Below are positions 1 to 11,296 of a stretch of DNA of 64,000 bases, in pieces. The position numbers and the translations under genes are program-made. The DNA is from Ruminococcus sp. (GTDB lineage Bacteria; Bacillota; Clostridia; Lachnospirales; Lachnospiraceae). The notes below the pieces were generated by a model. It was not told the origin of the DNA. It saw only the letters and a list, made by a program, of their open reading frames with translations, and ran no database searches. How positions within the stretch are numbered: position 1 is the stretch's first letter; each line of letters opens with the position of its first letter. The stretch covers positions 21,123 to 85,122 of the forward strand of contig JACERV010000012.1 of the NCBI GenBank assembly GCA_013911065.1. The letters are read 5' to 3'.

Positions 1-333
1 TTTATGCCACCATTGTTGTCCAATACAATATCCTATATGAGCCAATTTTACAGCATCATCATGGTGATTTACGCCAATACACCCAATTGGTTCAGATCCA
101 TTTTCTTTTAAAACGATTGCCCATTGGTAGTAATCTTTTTTATTATAGTTTGCCGTCCATTCATCCAGTATTGCTTTACTTACAGAGAGTTTGTTATGTG
201 CCGGCCACATTAAATACTTTGTCACCTCTTCACTAGAAGCCCAGTTATTGTACATAGCTTCTGCATCTTCTGTTGTAAATTTACGCAAAATTATTCTTGA
301 AGTTTCTATGTGTTCCGTTCCTAAGTGCTCCAT
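1..333 (-). CDS. GNAT-family (RimJ/RimL-like) N-acetyltransferase, C-terminal part cut by window edge
   Basis: Not in the ORF track because it runs off the edge. My minus-strand translation from the ATG at 333-331 gives MEHLGTEHIETSRIILRKFTTEDAEAMYNNWASSEEVTKYLMWPAHN...EPIGCIGVNHHD...IGYCIGQQWWHK. This N-terminal pattern is typical of RimJ/RimL-type acetyltransferases. Confidence 0.65.
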   Translation of the reverse strand, partial: MEHLGTEHIETSRIILRKFTTEDAEAMYNNWASSEEVTKYLMWPAHNKLSVSKAILDEWTANYNKKDYYQWAIVLKENGSEPIGCIGVNHHDDAVKLAHIGYCIGQQWWHK

Positions 334-869
334 AAATATTTCCCCACATTCTCTATCCTTCTAAACTATAGAATACACAGGTTTCTACTAACTATCAATA
401 TTAAGTTTTCAAAGTACATCTAATTCACTGAATTCTAATCCTATACATCTGGCACAATGTAAGATAATAAAAATCGGTATAATTCAAATTTTAAAAGCAT
501 AATATATTATGATGCTAAAGGAGAGATTAGCGGATTAAAATATAGGCAATACTTTGGGCAGGCGTTAAAAGAGTGCAGATTTCGTCTTGTGGGACATGCA
601 GGGATAATTTGAACAGTAAGATCTATACTCATAAAATGTTCAAAGATCTTAGGGAAGCTATACAAAAATAAAAATTTTGTTATACTAATTATGCAGAGTT
701 GATTAATATTAATCAGTGCTGTTTTTGCAGAACCTCTTGTATTTTCAGCATTTCATACTCCTGACATATTATGAAAATATTAAAATGCATCAAATAACGA
801 AAGAATTTATTAAGATTTTTTTAGAAATGTGAACTTTTCTCATTTTTTCTTTATTTAAGCAGGCAAATT

Positions 870-878
870 TGTTATAAT
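870..878 (+). promoter_or_regulatory. Extended -10 element (TGtTATAAT), putative promoter of the PBP gene
   Basis: tgttataat lies about 30 nt upstream of the GGAGGA RBS and the ATG at 909. The -35 is weak. Confidence 0.4.
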
Positions 879-908
879 GGGTGGAATGAATAAAGGAGGA
901 TATTATTC

Positions 909-3464
909 ATGAACTACGGAAAAGAAAATCTTACTAAGACAAAGAAGGATATCTCTTCAAAAAAAAACATGAAAAAGAAACGGGTCGGTGTTCGCTTTTT
1001 TAAGGCTCTCATAATTTGTATGCTGCTCCTGTTAGTAATCGGTGCAGGAGGTGCCGGCTTATTTGTCAAAAGAATCATAGACAATACCCCAGTGGTGACT
1101 CCAGCCGATGTAAAGCCATCCGGAGCCACTTCCTTTGTTTATGCGGAAGACGGCACATTGTTGGACAAATTTTTGCAAAAGGGCTCGAACCGTGTATACA
1201 AAAGTTATGACCAAATTCCAATTGACCTTACTCACGCTTTCGTGGCAATAGAGGACGAGCGTTTCTACCAGCACAATGGTATTGACCTGCAAGGTATTCT
1301 GAGAGCCGGGGTAGTAGGGCTGACATCCGGCGGTTTTTCAGAAGGGGCAAGTACGCTGACACAACAATTAATTAAGAACAATGTATTTCCTAACTTTATT
1401 GAGGAAAAGACTTTCTATGACCGTCTGGAAAGAAAGTTTCAGGAGCAGTATCTCGCTGTTGAGATTGAAAAGCAGATGAGCAAGGAAGAGATTGTGGAAG
1501 CTTACATGAATACCATCAATCTCGGTCAGAACTGCCTTGGAGTGCAGACAGCGGCAAAGCGGTATTTTAATAAAGATGTATCGGAATTGACCCTTTCCGA
1601 ATGTACTGTTATAGCAGCTATTACGCAGAACCCCACCGATTATGACCCGGTTGTGTATCCAGAAGCCAATGCGGTAAGAAGAGAGAAAGTTCTGCAATAC
1701 ATGCTGAAGCAGGATTATATCAGCCAATCCGAATATGATGAAGCAATGGCGGATTCTGTATATGACAGAATTCAGACGGCAGTCCAGGATGCTGATGACA
1801 CAACTCCTTATTCTTATTTCATAGACGAATTGGCACAGCAGGTAATCAAAGATTTACGTGTGCGTAAGAATTATACGGAGACTCAGGCTTACAATGCCCT
1901 TTACAGCGGAGGTCTTACCATTACAGCCACGCAGGATCCTGCCATTCAGCAGATTTGTGATGAAGAGGTGGCAAATCCCGCGAACTATCCCGAAACAGTG
2001 GAATATGGACTGGAATATGCTCTGACAGTGACCCACTCAGACGGTACTTCGGAAAACTACAGTAAAGAGATGCTGTCAGAATATATCAAAGGCGCCTGGG
2101 GAAGGCAGTTCTCCCTTGTTTTTTCCTCACCGGATGAAGCAAACCAGGCGATTGCAGAGTACAAGAGCACATTAAACATTACTGAGGAAGATACTGTTAC
2201 TGAGAATATCGACATCAGCCCTCAGCCTCAGACCTCTGTAGTCCTGATGGAACAGTCTACAGGCAAAGTTAAAGCCATCGTGGGCGGGCGCGGAGAAAAG
2301 AAAACCAGCCTTTCCCTGAACCGGGCAACAGACTCTACCAGGCAGCCTGGCTCCTGCTTTAAGATTGTTTCTACCTATGCACCTGCATTGGATTCTGCAG
2401 GATATACATTAGCCAGTACTATTCTGGATGAACCCTACAAGTATACAACCGGTGCGACTGTCAACAACTGGGATAGAGTTTATATCGGTGAGACACGGGT
2501 GCGGTATGCTATTGAGCACTCTATGAATGTCTGTGCAGTAAAGACACTGACCGATATCGGTCTGCAGACCGGATACGATTATCTCCAGAACTTTGGTTTC
2601 ACCACACTAGTAAACTTTGATAATGATAATTTTCCTGGTTTTACCGATGTAGCTCAGGCAACCGCACTGGGAGGTATTACCCGGGGTGTTTACAATCTGG
2701 AAATGACTGCCGCATATGCCGCAATTGCAAATGCCGGCACCTACACAGAACCGATTCTTTACACAAAAGTTGTGGACCGTGACGGAAACGTCCTGCTGGA
2801 CAATACAACGCCTTCTACACATCAGGTAATTAAAGATTCCACTGCAGCCCTTCTTACAAGTGCAATGGAAGATGTTATTAATAAGGGAACTGGTACTGCT
2901 GCAAGACTTAATAATATGCCTGCAGCGGGTAAGACAGGTACTACAGAGAATAGTACCGACCTCTGGCTCTCAGCATATACACCATATTATACCTGTTCTG
3001 TGTGGGGCGGATATGATTCCAATAAACCAATGGAATATATGAGCCAGTCATGGCATCAAATTCTTTGGAAAAATATTATGGACAGAGTACACACAGATCT
3101 TCCATATAAAGACTTTACTATGCCCCAATCTGTTGAACAGAAAACAATCTGTACGCAGACCGGACTCCTTGCAACCTCTACCTGTCCTCCTTTGACAGAA
3201 TATTTTGCCAAAGGAACTGCTCCAACACAGAGCTGTCCGGGACATGTGGTAGAAAAGAAAGAGGAAGAAGAGAAGGATAAAGAGAAGGACAAAGAGAAAG
3301 AGAAGGAAACGGAAACTCCCGAAAATCCAGATGATGGTGAAAACCCCGGTACGGAAAACCCCGATGGCGGCGATCCCGGCACGGAGAATCCGGATGGCGG
3401 TGATCCCGGTACAGAAAATCCGGATGGCGGCGATAATACAGAAACACCGCCTCCTACCCCCTGA
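909..3464 (+). CDS. Class A penicillin-binding protein (glycosyltransferase + transpeptidase, PBP1A type) with an acidic repeat tail
   Basis: N-terminal TM segment. GT51 motifs AIEDERFYQHNGID and GASTLTQQL. Transpeptidase motifs SCFK (SxxK), SMN (SxN) and KTGTT. The C-terminus is low complexity (EKDKEKDKEKEKE, then 3 x PGTENPDGGD). Confidence 0.93.
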   Translation: MNYGKENLTKTKKDISSKKNMKKKRVGVRFFKALIICMLLLLVIGAGGAGLFVKRIIDNTPVVTPADVKPSGATSFVYAEDGTLLDKFLQKGSNRVYKSYDQIPIDLTHAFVAIEDERFYQHNGIDLQGILRAGVVGLTSGGFSEGASTLTQQLIKNNVFPNFIEEKTFYDRLERKFQEQYLAVEIEKQMSKEEIVEAYMNTINLGQNCLGVQTAAKRYFNKDVSELTLSECTVIAAITQNPTDYDPVVYPEANAVRREKVLQYMLKQDYISQSEYDEAMADSVYDRIQTAVQDADDTTPYSYFIDELAQQVIKDLRVRKNYTETQAYNALYSGGLTITATQDPAIQQICDEEVANPANYPETVEYGLEYALTVTHSDGTSENYSKEMLSEYIKGAWGRQFSLVFSSPDEANQAIAEYKSTLNITEEDTVTENIDISPQPQTSVVLMEQSTGKVKAIVGGRGEKKTSLSLNRATDSTRQPGSCFKIVSTYAPALDSAGYTLASTILDEPYKYTTGATVNNWDRVYIGETRVRYAIEHSMNVCAVKTLTDIGLQTGYDYLQNFGFTTLVNFDNDNFPGFTDVAQATALGGITRGVYNLEMTAAYAAIANAGTYTEPILYTKVVDRDGNVLLDNTTPSTHQVIKDSTAALLTSAMEDVINKGTGTAARLNNMPAAGKTGTTENSTDLWLSAYTPYYTCSVWGGYDSNKPMEYMSQSWHQILWKNIMDRVHTDLPYKDFTMPQSVEQKTICTQTGLLATSTCPPLTEYFAKGTAPTQSCPGHVVEKKEEEEKDKEKDKEKEKETETPENPDDGENPGTENPDGGDPGTENPDGGDPGTENPDGGDNTETPPPTP
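3345..3434 (+). repeat. Three tandem 30-bp in-frame repeats encoding PGTENPDGGD
   Basis: Units at 3345-3374, 3375-3404 and 3405-3434 differ only at synonymous third positions. Confidence 0.85.
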
Positions 3465-3504
3465 CCTATTTGACAGATTCTTAAAGAAACTATTTGTTAT
3501 ATAA

Positions 3505-3552
3505 AAAGAGACAAAGAAGAAAGTAAATTTTCCATTTCTTCTTTGTCTCTTT
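3505..3552. terminator. Bidirectional hairpin terminator between the convergent PBP and glcK genes
   Basis: aaagagacaaagaagaaa pairs perfectly with tttcttctttgtctcttt (18 bp). A/T runs flank both sides. Confidence 0.8.
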
Positions 3553-3583
3553 TGTTATCAGAATATAAACAGATTTAAAAACT

Positions 3584-4519
3584 TTATTTGCTCAGAACCA
3601 ACTTGGCTGAGCCACAGATTCCTGCATCATTTCCAAGGGTTGCCAATGTAAACCTTACATCTTTTGTTCCGAAACGTGCCCGCTCAAGATACGGCTTCTG
3701 AATAAAAGGAAGCAACACTTCCCCTGCTTTGGATACACCGCCGCCTATAACAAAAACTGTCGGATCTACGACTAAGGCGAGGTTAGCAAGGGCATGTCCC
3801 AGGTAGCGGCCGAATTCTTCCGCTACTTCTACAGCAACAGCATCCCGCTCCTTTACAGCATCAAACACTGCCTTGGCAGTCACAACCTCTTTCCTCAGAA
3901 CCGTATCTCTTTTCTCTTTCTCCAGCTTTCTCTTTGCCAGTCTCACGATTCCCGTAGCAGAAGCGTATTGTTCCAGGCATCCTGAACCTCCGCAGCCACA
4001 CACATCTGCCTCCTCGTAATTCACGCAGACATGTCCGATTTCCCCAGCCGCGCCATGAGATCCCGGCACTATCCTGCCGCCTAGAACGACACCACCGCCC
4101 ACTCCGGTGCCCAGGGTAATCATAACCAGATTCTTCTCACCAAGACCGCCGCCCTTCCACATTTCGCCTAATGCAGCTACATTAGCGTCATTGGCAATCC
4201 AGGCTTTCATCCCAGTAAGATTTTCCATCTCTTTTTTTGCATCTTTATATTCCCATCCCAAGTTAGGAGTTCCGCTTACAGTTCCATCTTCCGTAACCGG
4301 TCCTGGTACTCCAACGCCAACCCCCAAAACAGCAGACTTGTCTAGTTGTCTTTCTTGCATTTTACGAAAGATAGATGCTGAGATATCTGGGAGAATTCTC
4401 TCCCCTTTGCTCTCTGTGCGGGTCACGATTTCCCACTTATCAAGAATTTCCCCAGATTCTGTGAACAGTCCCATCTTTACTGAGGTCCCTCCGACATCTA
4501 CACCAAAACAATATTTCAT
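3584..4519 (-). CDS. glcK: ROK-family glucokinase
   Basis: N-terminal GVDVGGTSVKMG ATP-binding motif. ROK Zn motif GHVCV...CGCGGSGCLE. Confidence 0.9.
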   Translation of the reverse strand: MKYCFGVDVGGTSVKMGLFTESGEILDKWEIVTRTESKGERILPDISASIFRKMQERQLDKSAVLGVGVGVPGPVTEDGTVSGTPNLGWEYKDAKKEMENLTGMKAWIANDANVAALGEMWKGGGLGEKNLVMITLGTGVGGGVVLGGRIVPGSHGAAGEIGHVCVNYEEADVCGCGGSGCLEQYASATGIVRLAKRKLEKEKRDTVLRKEVVTAKAVFDAVKERDAVAVEVAEEFGRYLGHALANLALVVDPTVFVIGGGVSKAGEVLLPFIQKPYLERARFGTKDVRFTLATLGNDAGICGSAKLVLSK

Positions 4520-4558
4520 AACACTTCTCCTATTTGCTCTCTCATCTCTTTACCCTGA

Positions 4559-5488
4559 CTATTTGTGCTTTGCCAGATTATCCTGTACACGCTTGTATAA
4601 TTCCTGCGCTGCATTATATCCCATCTGCTTCTGCCTGTGATTTACAGCCGCGGATTCTACAATAATTGCAAGGTTACGTCCCGGACGAATAGGAATACTG
4701 TGACATACCACACGGTTGCCCAAAAACTCCGTATAATTTTCTTCCAGTCCCAGCCTGTCATATTCCTTATCCCGGTTCCAATCCTCCAAAGTAATAACTA
4801 AATCAATGTTTTGTGTCTCTCTGACACTCTGCACACCAAACATGGACTTCACATCTACAATTCCAATTCCCCTAAGTTCTATAAAGTGTCTTGTAATATC
4901 GGGGGCTGCCCCTACAAGAGTCACATCGCTTACTTTGCGGATTTCTACCACATCATCTGTCACCAGACGGTGTCCACGCTTAATCAATTCCAGAGCTGCC
5001 TCGCTTTTTCCGATTCCGCTCTCTCCCATAATCAAAACACCTACGCCATACACATCCACCAGTACGCCATGAATCGATATACAAGGTGCCAGCTCCACAT
5101 TCATCCAGCGGATAATCTCACTCATAAAAGAGGAAGTAGATTTGGAGGTTACAAAAATCGGAACATCATATTCCACGGCTTTTTTGAGCAGCATCTCCTC
5201 CGGCTGCATATTTCTGCTGAATATAATACAAGGAACTTTATGCCGCAAAAATTCTTCATATATCTGAAGTTTTTTCTCTTCCTCTAATGTCTGCAAATAT
5301 GTGTATTCTACATATCCGATTATCTGTACTCTGTCGGAGGCAAAGTGGTCAAAAAATCCGGCAAGCTGAAGGGCTGGCCTGTTAATATCCGGAACATGCA
5401 CCTCACGTTCAATTAGCTCCACCTCGGGAGTCAGATTCTTTAAATCCATTTTTTCAACAACTTGTTTTAATTTTATACCATGTCCCAT
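4559..5488 (-). CDS. hprK: HPr kinase/phosphorylase
   Basis: HGVLVDVYGVGVLIMGESGIGKSE P-loop signature and ELRGIG motif. Length is 309 aa. Confidence 0.93.
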   Translation of the reverse strand: MGHGIKLKQVVEKMDLKNLTPEVELIEREVHVPDINRPALQLAGFFDHFASDRVQIIGYVEYTYLQTLEEEKKLQIYEEFLRHKVPCIIFSRNMQPEEMLLKKAVEYDVPIFVTSKSTSSFMSEIIRWMNVELAPCISIHGVLVDVYGVGVLIMGESGIGKSEAALELIKRGHRLVTDDVVEIRKVSDVTLVGAAPDITRHFIELRGIGIVDVKSMFGVQSVRETQNIDLVITLEDWNRDKEYDRLGLEENYTEFLGNRVVCHSIPIRPGRNLAIIVESAAVNHRQKQMGYNAAQELYKRVQDNLAKHK

Positions 5489-5564
5489 AGCTTTCTCCTT
5501 TTTCTAGTTTTCCAATATGCAAATTCAAATACATCATACGTAAAATTATATCATAAATCCCAGG

Positions 5565-7415
5565 CTAATGAAAGAAGTTATACACTGCCTCTGCGGCTTT
5601 TTCATTCATCGACGGTACTTTGGCCAACTCTTCCACAGATGCAGCTTTGATAGCGTCCAGATTCATATAATGACGCATAAGTGCCTTGCGGCGCGCAGGT
5701 CCGATTCCATCAATATCATCCAGAATAGAATGTACCTGCCCTTTGCCTCTGAGCTGTTTGTGGTACTCTATGGCAAACCGGTGAGCCTCATCCTGAATTC
5801 TTGTAACCAGACGGAATGCTTCGGAGGATTTATCAACGGGAATTTCTTCATTATGATAATACAGCCCTCTGGTTCTATGGTAATCATCCTTCACCATACC
5901 GCATACCGGAATATTCAGATGAAGTTCTTCCAATACCTGTAAGGCCACATTTACCTGCCCCTTACCGCCGTCCATAAGAATCAGGTCCGGGAATGTGGTA
6001 AACCCTCCCAGTTCCTTACTCTCCTCACGCTCACGAAGTCCGTGGGTAAATCTCCTGGTAAGTACCTCCCGCATACTGCCGTAATCATCGGCTCCCTGAA
6101 TCCCTTTGATTTTGAACTTCCGGTAATCATTCCGCTTTGGCCTGCCCCTCTCGTATACCACCATAGAGCCTACAGACTCAAATCCATTCGTATTTGAAAT
6201 GTCAAAGGCCTCCATCCGGCTGATCCCGTCCAGTCCCAGGAGTCCTGCAATCTCCTTAACGGCCCCAATGGTTCTGCCTTCTTCTCTTTTCAGCCTTTCT
6301 TTATCCTTGCTCAATACCAGTCCTGCATTGTTGGCAGCCAGTTCCACCAGCTTTTCCTTTGTTCCTTTCTTTGGAACCTTAATCGTAACCCTTCCGCCCC
6401 GCTTTGTACTCAGCCATTCTTCCAGAAGCTGCATATCTTCCAGCTCCCGGGGAAGCATCAGTTCTCCGGGAATAAAAGGGGTTCCTGCATAATACTGTTT
6501 AATAAAACTGTCCAGAATCTCACTCTCCTGCTCATCTTTGGAAATACGCAGATAAAAGTGATCCCGGCCAATCAGCCGGCCTCCGCGGATAAAAAACACC
6601 TGTACCACAGCATCCTCCTCCTCGGAGGCTACCGCCAGAATATCTCTGTCCTCACCGCTGCTATCCGTAATCTTCTGCTTCTGGGACACCTTCTTCACAC
6701 TATTCAAAAGCTCCCGGTACTCAATGGCCTTTTCAAACTCCATGGCTTCCGAAGCCTCATTCATCTTCTTCTCCAGCTCATTCAAGATGCCGTCAAAGCT
6801 TCCGTTCAGGAAACGAATAACCTCCTGGATTGACTTCCCATAATCCTCCTGAGAAATATACCCCTGACAGGGGGCTTCGCATTGCTTGATATGGTAATTC
6901 AAACAGGGCCTTTCCTTTCCTATATCCCTTGGCAGGTTCCGATTGCAGCTTCTCACGTGATACAGCTTATGTATCAAGTCAATAGTGTCCCTGACCGCCT
7001 GACTGCTTGTATAAGGCCCGAAATACTTTGCCTTATCCTTTTGCATCTTCCTGGCCAGCATCACTCTTGGAAAAGGCTCATTTACAGTAACCTTAATAAA
7101 AGGATAAGCCTTATCATCCATCAGCATTGTATTATACTTGGGCCTGTGTTCCTTAATCAGATTACATTCCAGAACAAGCGCCTCCAGTTCTGAATCTGTC
7201 ACAATATACTCAAACCGCCGTATATGCGTGACCATCTGCTCAATCTTAACCCCCTTATTTCTGCTGCTCTGAAAATATTGGCGCACCCTGTTCTTCAGGC
7301 TGATTGCCTTGCCGACATAAATGATATTATCCTTTTCATCGTGCATAATATAAACCCCGGGTCTGCCGGGGAGTTTTTTAAGTTCTTCCTGAATATCAAA
7401 ATTATAATTGTCCAT
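5565..7415 (-). CDS. uvrC: Excinuclease ABC subunit C
   Basis: GIY-YIG N-terminus ([18 protein letters not shown]...LKNRVRQYF), a UVR domain, and a C-terminal (HhH)2 ([17 protein letters not shown]). Confidence 0.95.
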   Translation of the reverse strand: MDNYNFDIQEELKKLPGRPGVYIMHDEKDNIIYVGKAISLKNRVRQYFQSSRNKGVKIEQMVTHIRRFEYIVTDSELEALVLECNLIKEHRPKYNTMLMDDKAYPFIKVTVNEPFPRVMLARKMQKDKAKYFGPYTSSQAVRDTIDLIHKLYHVRSCNRNLPRDIGKERPCLNYHIKQCEAPCQGYISQEDYGKSIQEVIRFLNGSFDGILNELEKKMNEASEAMEFEKAIEYRELLNSVKKVSQKQKITDSSGEDRDILAVASEEEDAVVQVFFIRGGRLIGRDHFYLRISKDEQESEILDSFIKQYYAGTPFIPGELMLPRELEDMQLLEEWLSTKRGGRVTIKVPKKGTKEKLVELAANNAGLVLSKDKERLKREEGRTIGAVKEIAGLLGLDGISRMEAFDISNTNGFESVGSMVVYERGRPKRNDYRKFKIKGIQGADDYGSMREVLTRRFTHGLREREESKELGGFTTFPDLILMDGGKGQVNVALQVLEELHLNIPVCGMVKDDYHRTRGLYYHNEEIPVDKSSEAFRLVTRIQDEAHRFAIEYHKQLRGKGQVHSILDDIDGIGPARRKALMRHYMNLDAIKAASVEELAKVPSMNEKAAEAVYNFFH

Positions 7416-7487
7416 ATTTCTATTATAAATGTTCCCAATGTATTTGTGAAGTGGAATTAATGAAAAAGAAATCCTGCTGAACGCAAA

Positions 7488-7516
7488 CAGCAGGGAAGGT
7501 CTCCTCTTCCCTGCTG
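7488..7516 (-). terminator. Rho-independent terminator after ftsH
   Basis: On the minus strand, CAGCAGGGAAG-AGGAGAC-CTTCCCTGCTG is followed by TTTGCGTT. Confidence 0.6.
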
Positions 7517-7528
7517 CGCTATATCCGC

Positions 7529-9523
7529 TTATTCAACCGGCTTCATTGAAATACGTACCTCTTTTTTAGGTTCTTCCCCCTCCTCCGGTTCTTCAATCCC
7601 TTTTACTTCCCGGAAGATTTTCATAAATTCTTTTCCTGTTATCGTTTCTTTTTCTATCAGGAAGTCAGATATCTTATCCAAAGCCTCCCTGTTTTCAGCC
7701 AAGAGCCGTTTTGCCTCTTCATATGCCTTCTTCAGCATTCCCATGACTTCTCCGTCAATCTGGGCTGCTGTAGTATCCCCGCAGTTCATAACCGGACGTC
7801 CGTCCAGATAACGGTGCTGAACAGATTCAAGCCCAATCAGGCCGAACTTTTCAGACATACCATACTGGGTAATCATAGCCCTCGCAATTTTCGTTGCCTG
7901 TTCTATATCATTGGATGCACCGGTAGTTACAGTATCAAATACAAGTTCTTCAGCAGCACGTCCTGCCAAAGCTCCGGTCAGCATAGCTTCCAGTTCCTTT
8001 TTCGTATTAAGGAACTTTTCCTCCTCAGGTGTCTGCATCACATATCCGAGGGCACCCATGGTTCTCGGCACTATTGTAATCTTCTGGACCGGTTCTGCAT
8101 CTTTTTGAAGGGCGCTTACCAGTGCATGGCCTACTTCATGGTAAGATACAATTCTTCTTTCTTCCTCACTCATGATACGGTCCTTTTTCTCTTTACCCAC
8201 CAGTACAACTTCTACCGCTTCAAATAAATCCTTTTGGCCTACAACCTGTCTTCCATTCTTTACGGCATTGATCGCAGCTTCATTGATCATATTTGCAAGG
8301 TCTGAACCTACAGCTCCGGAGGTTGCCAGTGCAATCGCCTCCAAATCTACAGTCTCATCCATTTTTACATCCTTGGCATGGACCTTCAGGACATCCACAC
8401 GCCCCTTTAAGTCTGGTTTATCCACAATAATCCGCCTGTCAAAACGTCCGGGACGCAGCAGTGCCGGGTCCAGTACCTCAGGACGGTTTGTAGCCGCCAG
8501 TAAAAGTAATCCTTTATTTGTGTCAAACCCATCCATTTCAGCCAAAAGCTGATTCAAAGTCTGCTCGCGCTCGTCATTGCCGCCTCCCATAGCCGTATCA
8601 CGGCTCTTACCGATTGCGTCAATCTCGTCAATAAATACAATACACGGAGCCATCTGCTGTGCCTGCTTAAACAAATCACGGACACGGGATGCACCCACAC
8701 CTACATACATTTCCACAAAAGCAGAACCGGATAGTGAAAAGAATGGTACCTTCGCCTCTCCTGCCACCGCCTTTGCAAGCAGGGTTTTTCCTGTACCCGG
8801 AGGTCCTACCAACAAAGCACCCTTCGGCAGCTTGGCACCGATTCCCGTATATTTTCCCGGGTTGTGAAGAAAATCCACTACTTCCTGCAAGGATTCCTTA
8901 GCCTCATCCTGACCGGCAACATCCTGGAAGGTAACTCCAGTCTCTTTCTCCACATAAACCTTGGCATTGCTTTTGCCGATTCCCATCATTCCGCCGCCCT
9001 TTGACATACGTTTCATCAGGAAATTAAACAAAATGACAAGCATAAGTATAGGCAGAACTACCGTAATAAATATCTCAAATACCATAGAGGATGCCGTGTC
9101 CGGAATCTTCTGCTCATATTCTACCCCGGCTTTATACAGCTGGTCCGACAAGGTATCGTTTTTCACCACACCTGTGTAATAATCCGGAGCCTGCTCCTGA
9201 TCTGAAGTCTTCTCTTCAAGCTGGGCAACAATATCAGAGGCGGTCTCTCTTTCTGTCTCTTTTTCTTTCTTTTCCTCAGCTCTTGCCTCATCTGTTAATG
9301 TAATATAAATTTTTGTCGAATCAATGGTAACTTTTTTTACCTTGCCGCCGTCCACCATTGTAAGAAATTTATCATAACTGATTTCTTCAGGGTTCTTGTC
9401 CTGCATTAATGAATACAATCCCATTACTATAAAAACGGTCAGCAGTGTAGTTATAAGAATAATTCCCCACCCCTGCCGGTTGTTTTTAGGATTGTTGTTA
9501 TTTCTGTTGTTCTGATTATCCAT
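7529..9523 (-). CDS. ftsH: ATP-dependent zinc metalloprotease FtsH
   Basis: Walker [19 protein letters not shown], the SRH region, and the HEVGHAL zinc site. Start moved to the ATG at 9523 (MDNQNN...), which follows AGGAGGAG. The longer track ORF start has no RBS. Confidence 0.95.
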   Translation of the reverse strand: MDNQNNRNNNNPKNNRQGWGIILITTLLTVFIVMGLYSLMQDKNPEEISYDKFLTMVDGGKVKKVTIDSTKIYITLTDEARAEEKKEKETERETASDIVAQLEEKTSDQEQAPDYYTGVVKNDTLSDQLYKAGVEYEQKIPDTASSMVFEIFITVVLPILMLVILFNFLMKRMSKGGGMMGIGKSNAKVYVEKETGVTFQDVAGQDEAKESLQEVVDFLHNPGKYTGIGAKLPKGALLVGPPGTGKTLLAKAVAGEAKVPFFSLSGSAFVEMYVGVGASRVRDLFKQAQQMAPCIVFIDEIDAIGKSRDTAMGGGNDEREQTLNQLLAEMDGFDTNKGLLLLAATNRPEVLDPALLRPGRFDRRIIVDKPDLKGRVDVLKVHAKDVKMDETVDLEAIALATSGAVGSDLANMINEAAINAVKNGRQVVGQKDLFEAVEVVLVGKEKKDRIMSEEERRIVSYHEVGHALVSALQKDAEPVQKITIVPRTMGALGYVMQTPEEEKFLNTKKELEAMLTGALAGRAAEELVFDTVTTGASNDIEQATKIARAMITQYGMSEKFGLIGLESVQHRYLDGRPVMNCGDTTAAQIDGEVMGMLKKAYEEAKRLLAENREALDKISDFLIEKETITGKEFMKIFREVKGIEEPEEGEEPKKEVRISMKPVE

Positions 9524-9665
9524 TCTTCTCCTCCTAAAATCCACTATCCCCATTATAAGGACAGGCTTCTCATAAATCAATAAAAAGATTATGAAAATAT
9601 TGTAAACATAAGGCGTTTTATAGTATACTGGGTAAGTGAAAAATGATTCGAGAAGGAATGTGAAA

Positions 9666-11144
9666 ATGAAAATAGGATTTGATAACGAAAAATATCTGAC
9701 TATGCAGTCAGAACATATCCGTCACCGGATTGACCAGTTCGACAATAAGCTTTATCTGGAATTTGGCGGAAAACTATTTGATGATTACCATGCAGCCAGG
9801 GTATTGCCCGGCTTTGAACCCGACAGCAAGCTCCGCCTTTTAAAACAGCTCAGCAGCCAGGCAGAAATTGTCATTACTATCAATGCACGGGACATTGAAA
9901 AAAATAAAATTCGCGGGGATTTAGGAATTACTTACGATTCTGATGTACTCCGCCTTATGGATTCCTTCCGGGATAACGGCCTGTATGTAGGCAGTGTCGT
10001 TATCACCCAATATTCAGGGCAGGAAAGCGCCCTGCTTTTTAAAAACCGTTTGGAAAACCTGGGTATCCGTGTTTATATTCATTACTATATCAACGGCTAT
10101 CCCTCCAACATCCCTCTGATTATCAGTGACGAGGGCTACGGCAAAAATGAGTATGTTGAGACAACACGTCCTCTTGTCATCATAACTGCCCCCGGCCCCG
10201 GAAGCGGTAAAATGGCGGTCTGTCTCTCTCAGTTATATCATGAGCATAAACGTGGAATTCATGCAGGATATGCCAAATTTGAAACATTTCCCATTTGGAA
10301 TCTGCCTCTGAAGCATCCGGTCAATCTTGCTTATGAGGCTGCTACTGCCGATTTAAACGATGTCAATATGATTGACCCCTTCCATTTAGATGCATATGGG
10401 ATTACAACTGTAAACTATAACCGGGACGTGGAAATCTTTCCTGTGCTGAACACTATTTTTGAAAAAATATATGGGAAAAGCCCTTACAAATCACCTACTG
10501 ATATGGGCGTCAACATGGCGGGGAACTGTATCTGTGATGATGAAGTCTGCCGCGAGGCATCCCGCCAGGAAATTGTCCGGAGATATTTTACAGCCCTCAA
10601 CTGCCTGTTAGAGGGGACAGGCTCCGAGGAGGAAATTCAGACTATTGAACTTTTGATGAATCAGGCTAATGTAGCTGTGCAGGACCGCAAGGTAGTCGGA
10701 AAAGCACTGGAGCGGGCACAGGAAACCCAGGCTCCCGCTGCTGCAATGGAGCTGGATGACGGCCGTATCATAACCGGAAAGACTACCAATCTCCTGGGGG
10801 CTTCTGCCGCACTGATGCTTAATGTATTAAAAGAGCTGGCTGGCGTTGACCATGAACTGCATGTCATTTCCCCTGAATCTATTGAGCCAATCCAGAAGCT
10901 GAAAGTAGATTACTTAAAAAGCAAGAATCCCCGTCTACATACAGATGAGGTTTTGATTGCCCTCTCTACAAGTGCAGCAGCCAATCCTGATGCAAGAAAG
11001 GCCCTGGAACAGCTTCCTAAGCTGAAATGCTGCCAGGCCCATACCTCCGTCATGCTTTCGGATGTAGATATTAAAATTTTCAAAAAACTGGGTGTACAGC
11101 TTACCTGTGAGGCAGCTTACGAAACAGACCATATTTACCATTAG
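9666..11144 (+). CDS. DUF1846 (UPF0371) family protein
   Basis: MKIGFDNEKYL..QSEHI..R...F.NKLYLEFGGKLFDDYHAARVLPGF is the characteristic N-terminus of this family. Start chosen at the ATG at 9666. Confidence 0.8.
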   Translation: MKIGFDNEKYLTMQSEHIRHRIDQFDNKLYLEFGGKLFDDYHAARVLPGFEPDSKLRLLKQLSSQAEIVITINARDIEKNKIRGDLGITYDSDVLRLMDSFRDNGLYVGSVVITQYSGQESALLFKNRLENLGIRVYIHYYINGYPSNIPLIISDEGYGKNEYVETTRPLVIITAPGPGSGKMAVCLSQLYHEHKRGIHAGYAKFETFPIWNLPLKHPVNLAYEAATADLNDVNMIDPFHLDAYGITTVNYNRDVEIFPVLNTIFEKIYGKSPYKSPTDMGVNMAGNCICDDEVCREASRQEIVRRYFTALNCLLEGTGSEEEIQTIELLMNQANVAVQDRKVVGKALERAQETQAPAAAMELDDGRIITGKTTNLLGASAALMLNVLKELAGVDHELHVISPESIEPIQKLKVDYLKSKNPRLHTDEVLIALSTSAAANPDARKALEQLPKLKCCQAHTSVMLSDVDIKIFKKLGVQLTCEAAYETDHIYH

Positions 11145-11296
11145 TTTTCTAAATTGTAATCCGGTCTGGTCATGCTGCAGCACACTTGTAAATAATTTCC
11201 CCCGCCTCATCAAAAAAAATACTGTATTTTTTGTCGTAATTGGTGTATACTCTTTAAGTATTTTTTAAGTATACATTCATTACAGAGGAGGATCTT

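Noticed and set aside
4107-4640. 177-aa plus-strand ORF
   Set aside because: It is antisense to glcK/hprK and its product is Pro/Ser-rich and low complexity, typical of a shadow ORF.
11145-11296. pyrG attenuator of the Bacillus reiterative-transcription type
   Set aside because: A hairpin (tgtatact...agtataca) and a ttaagtat direct repeat are present. There is no G-run start site or C/U-rich terminator arm of the kind that mechanism needs, so the evidence is too weak to call.
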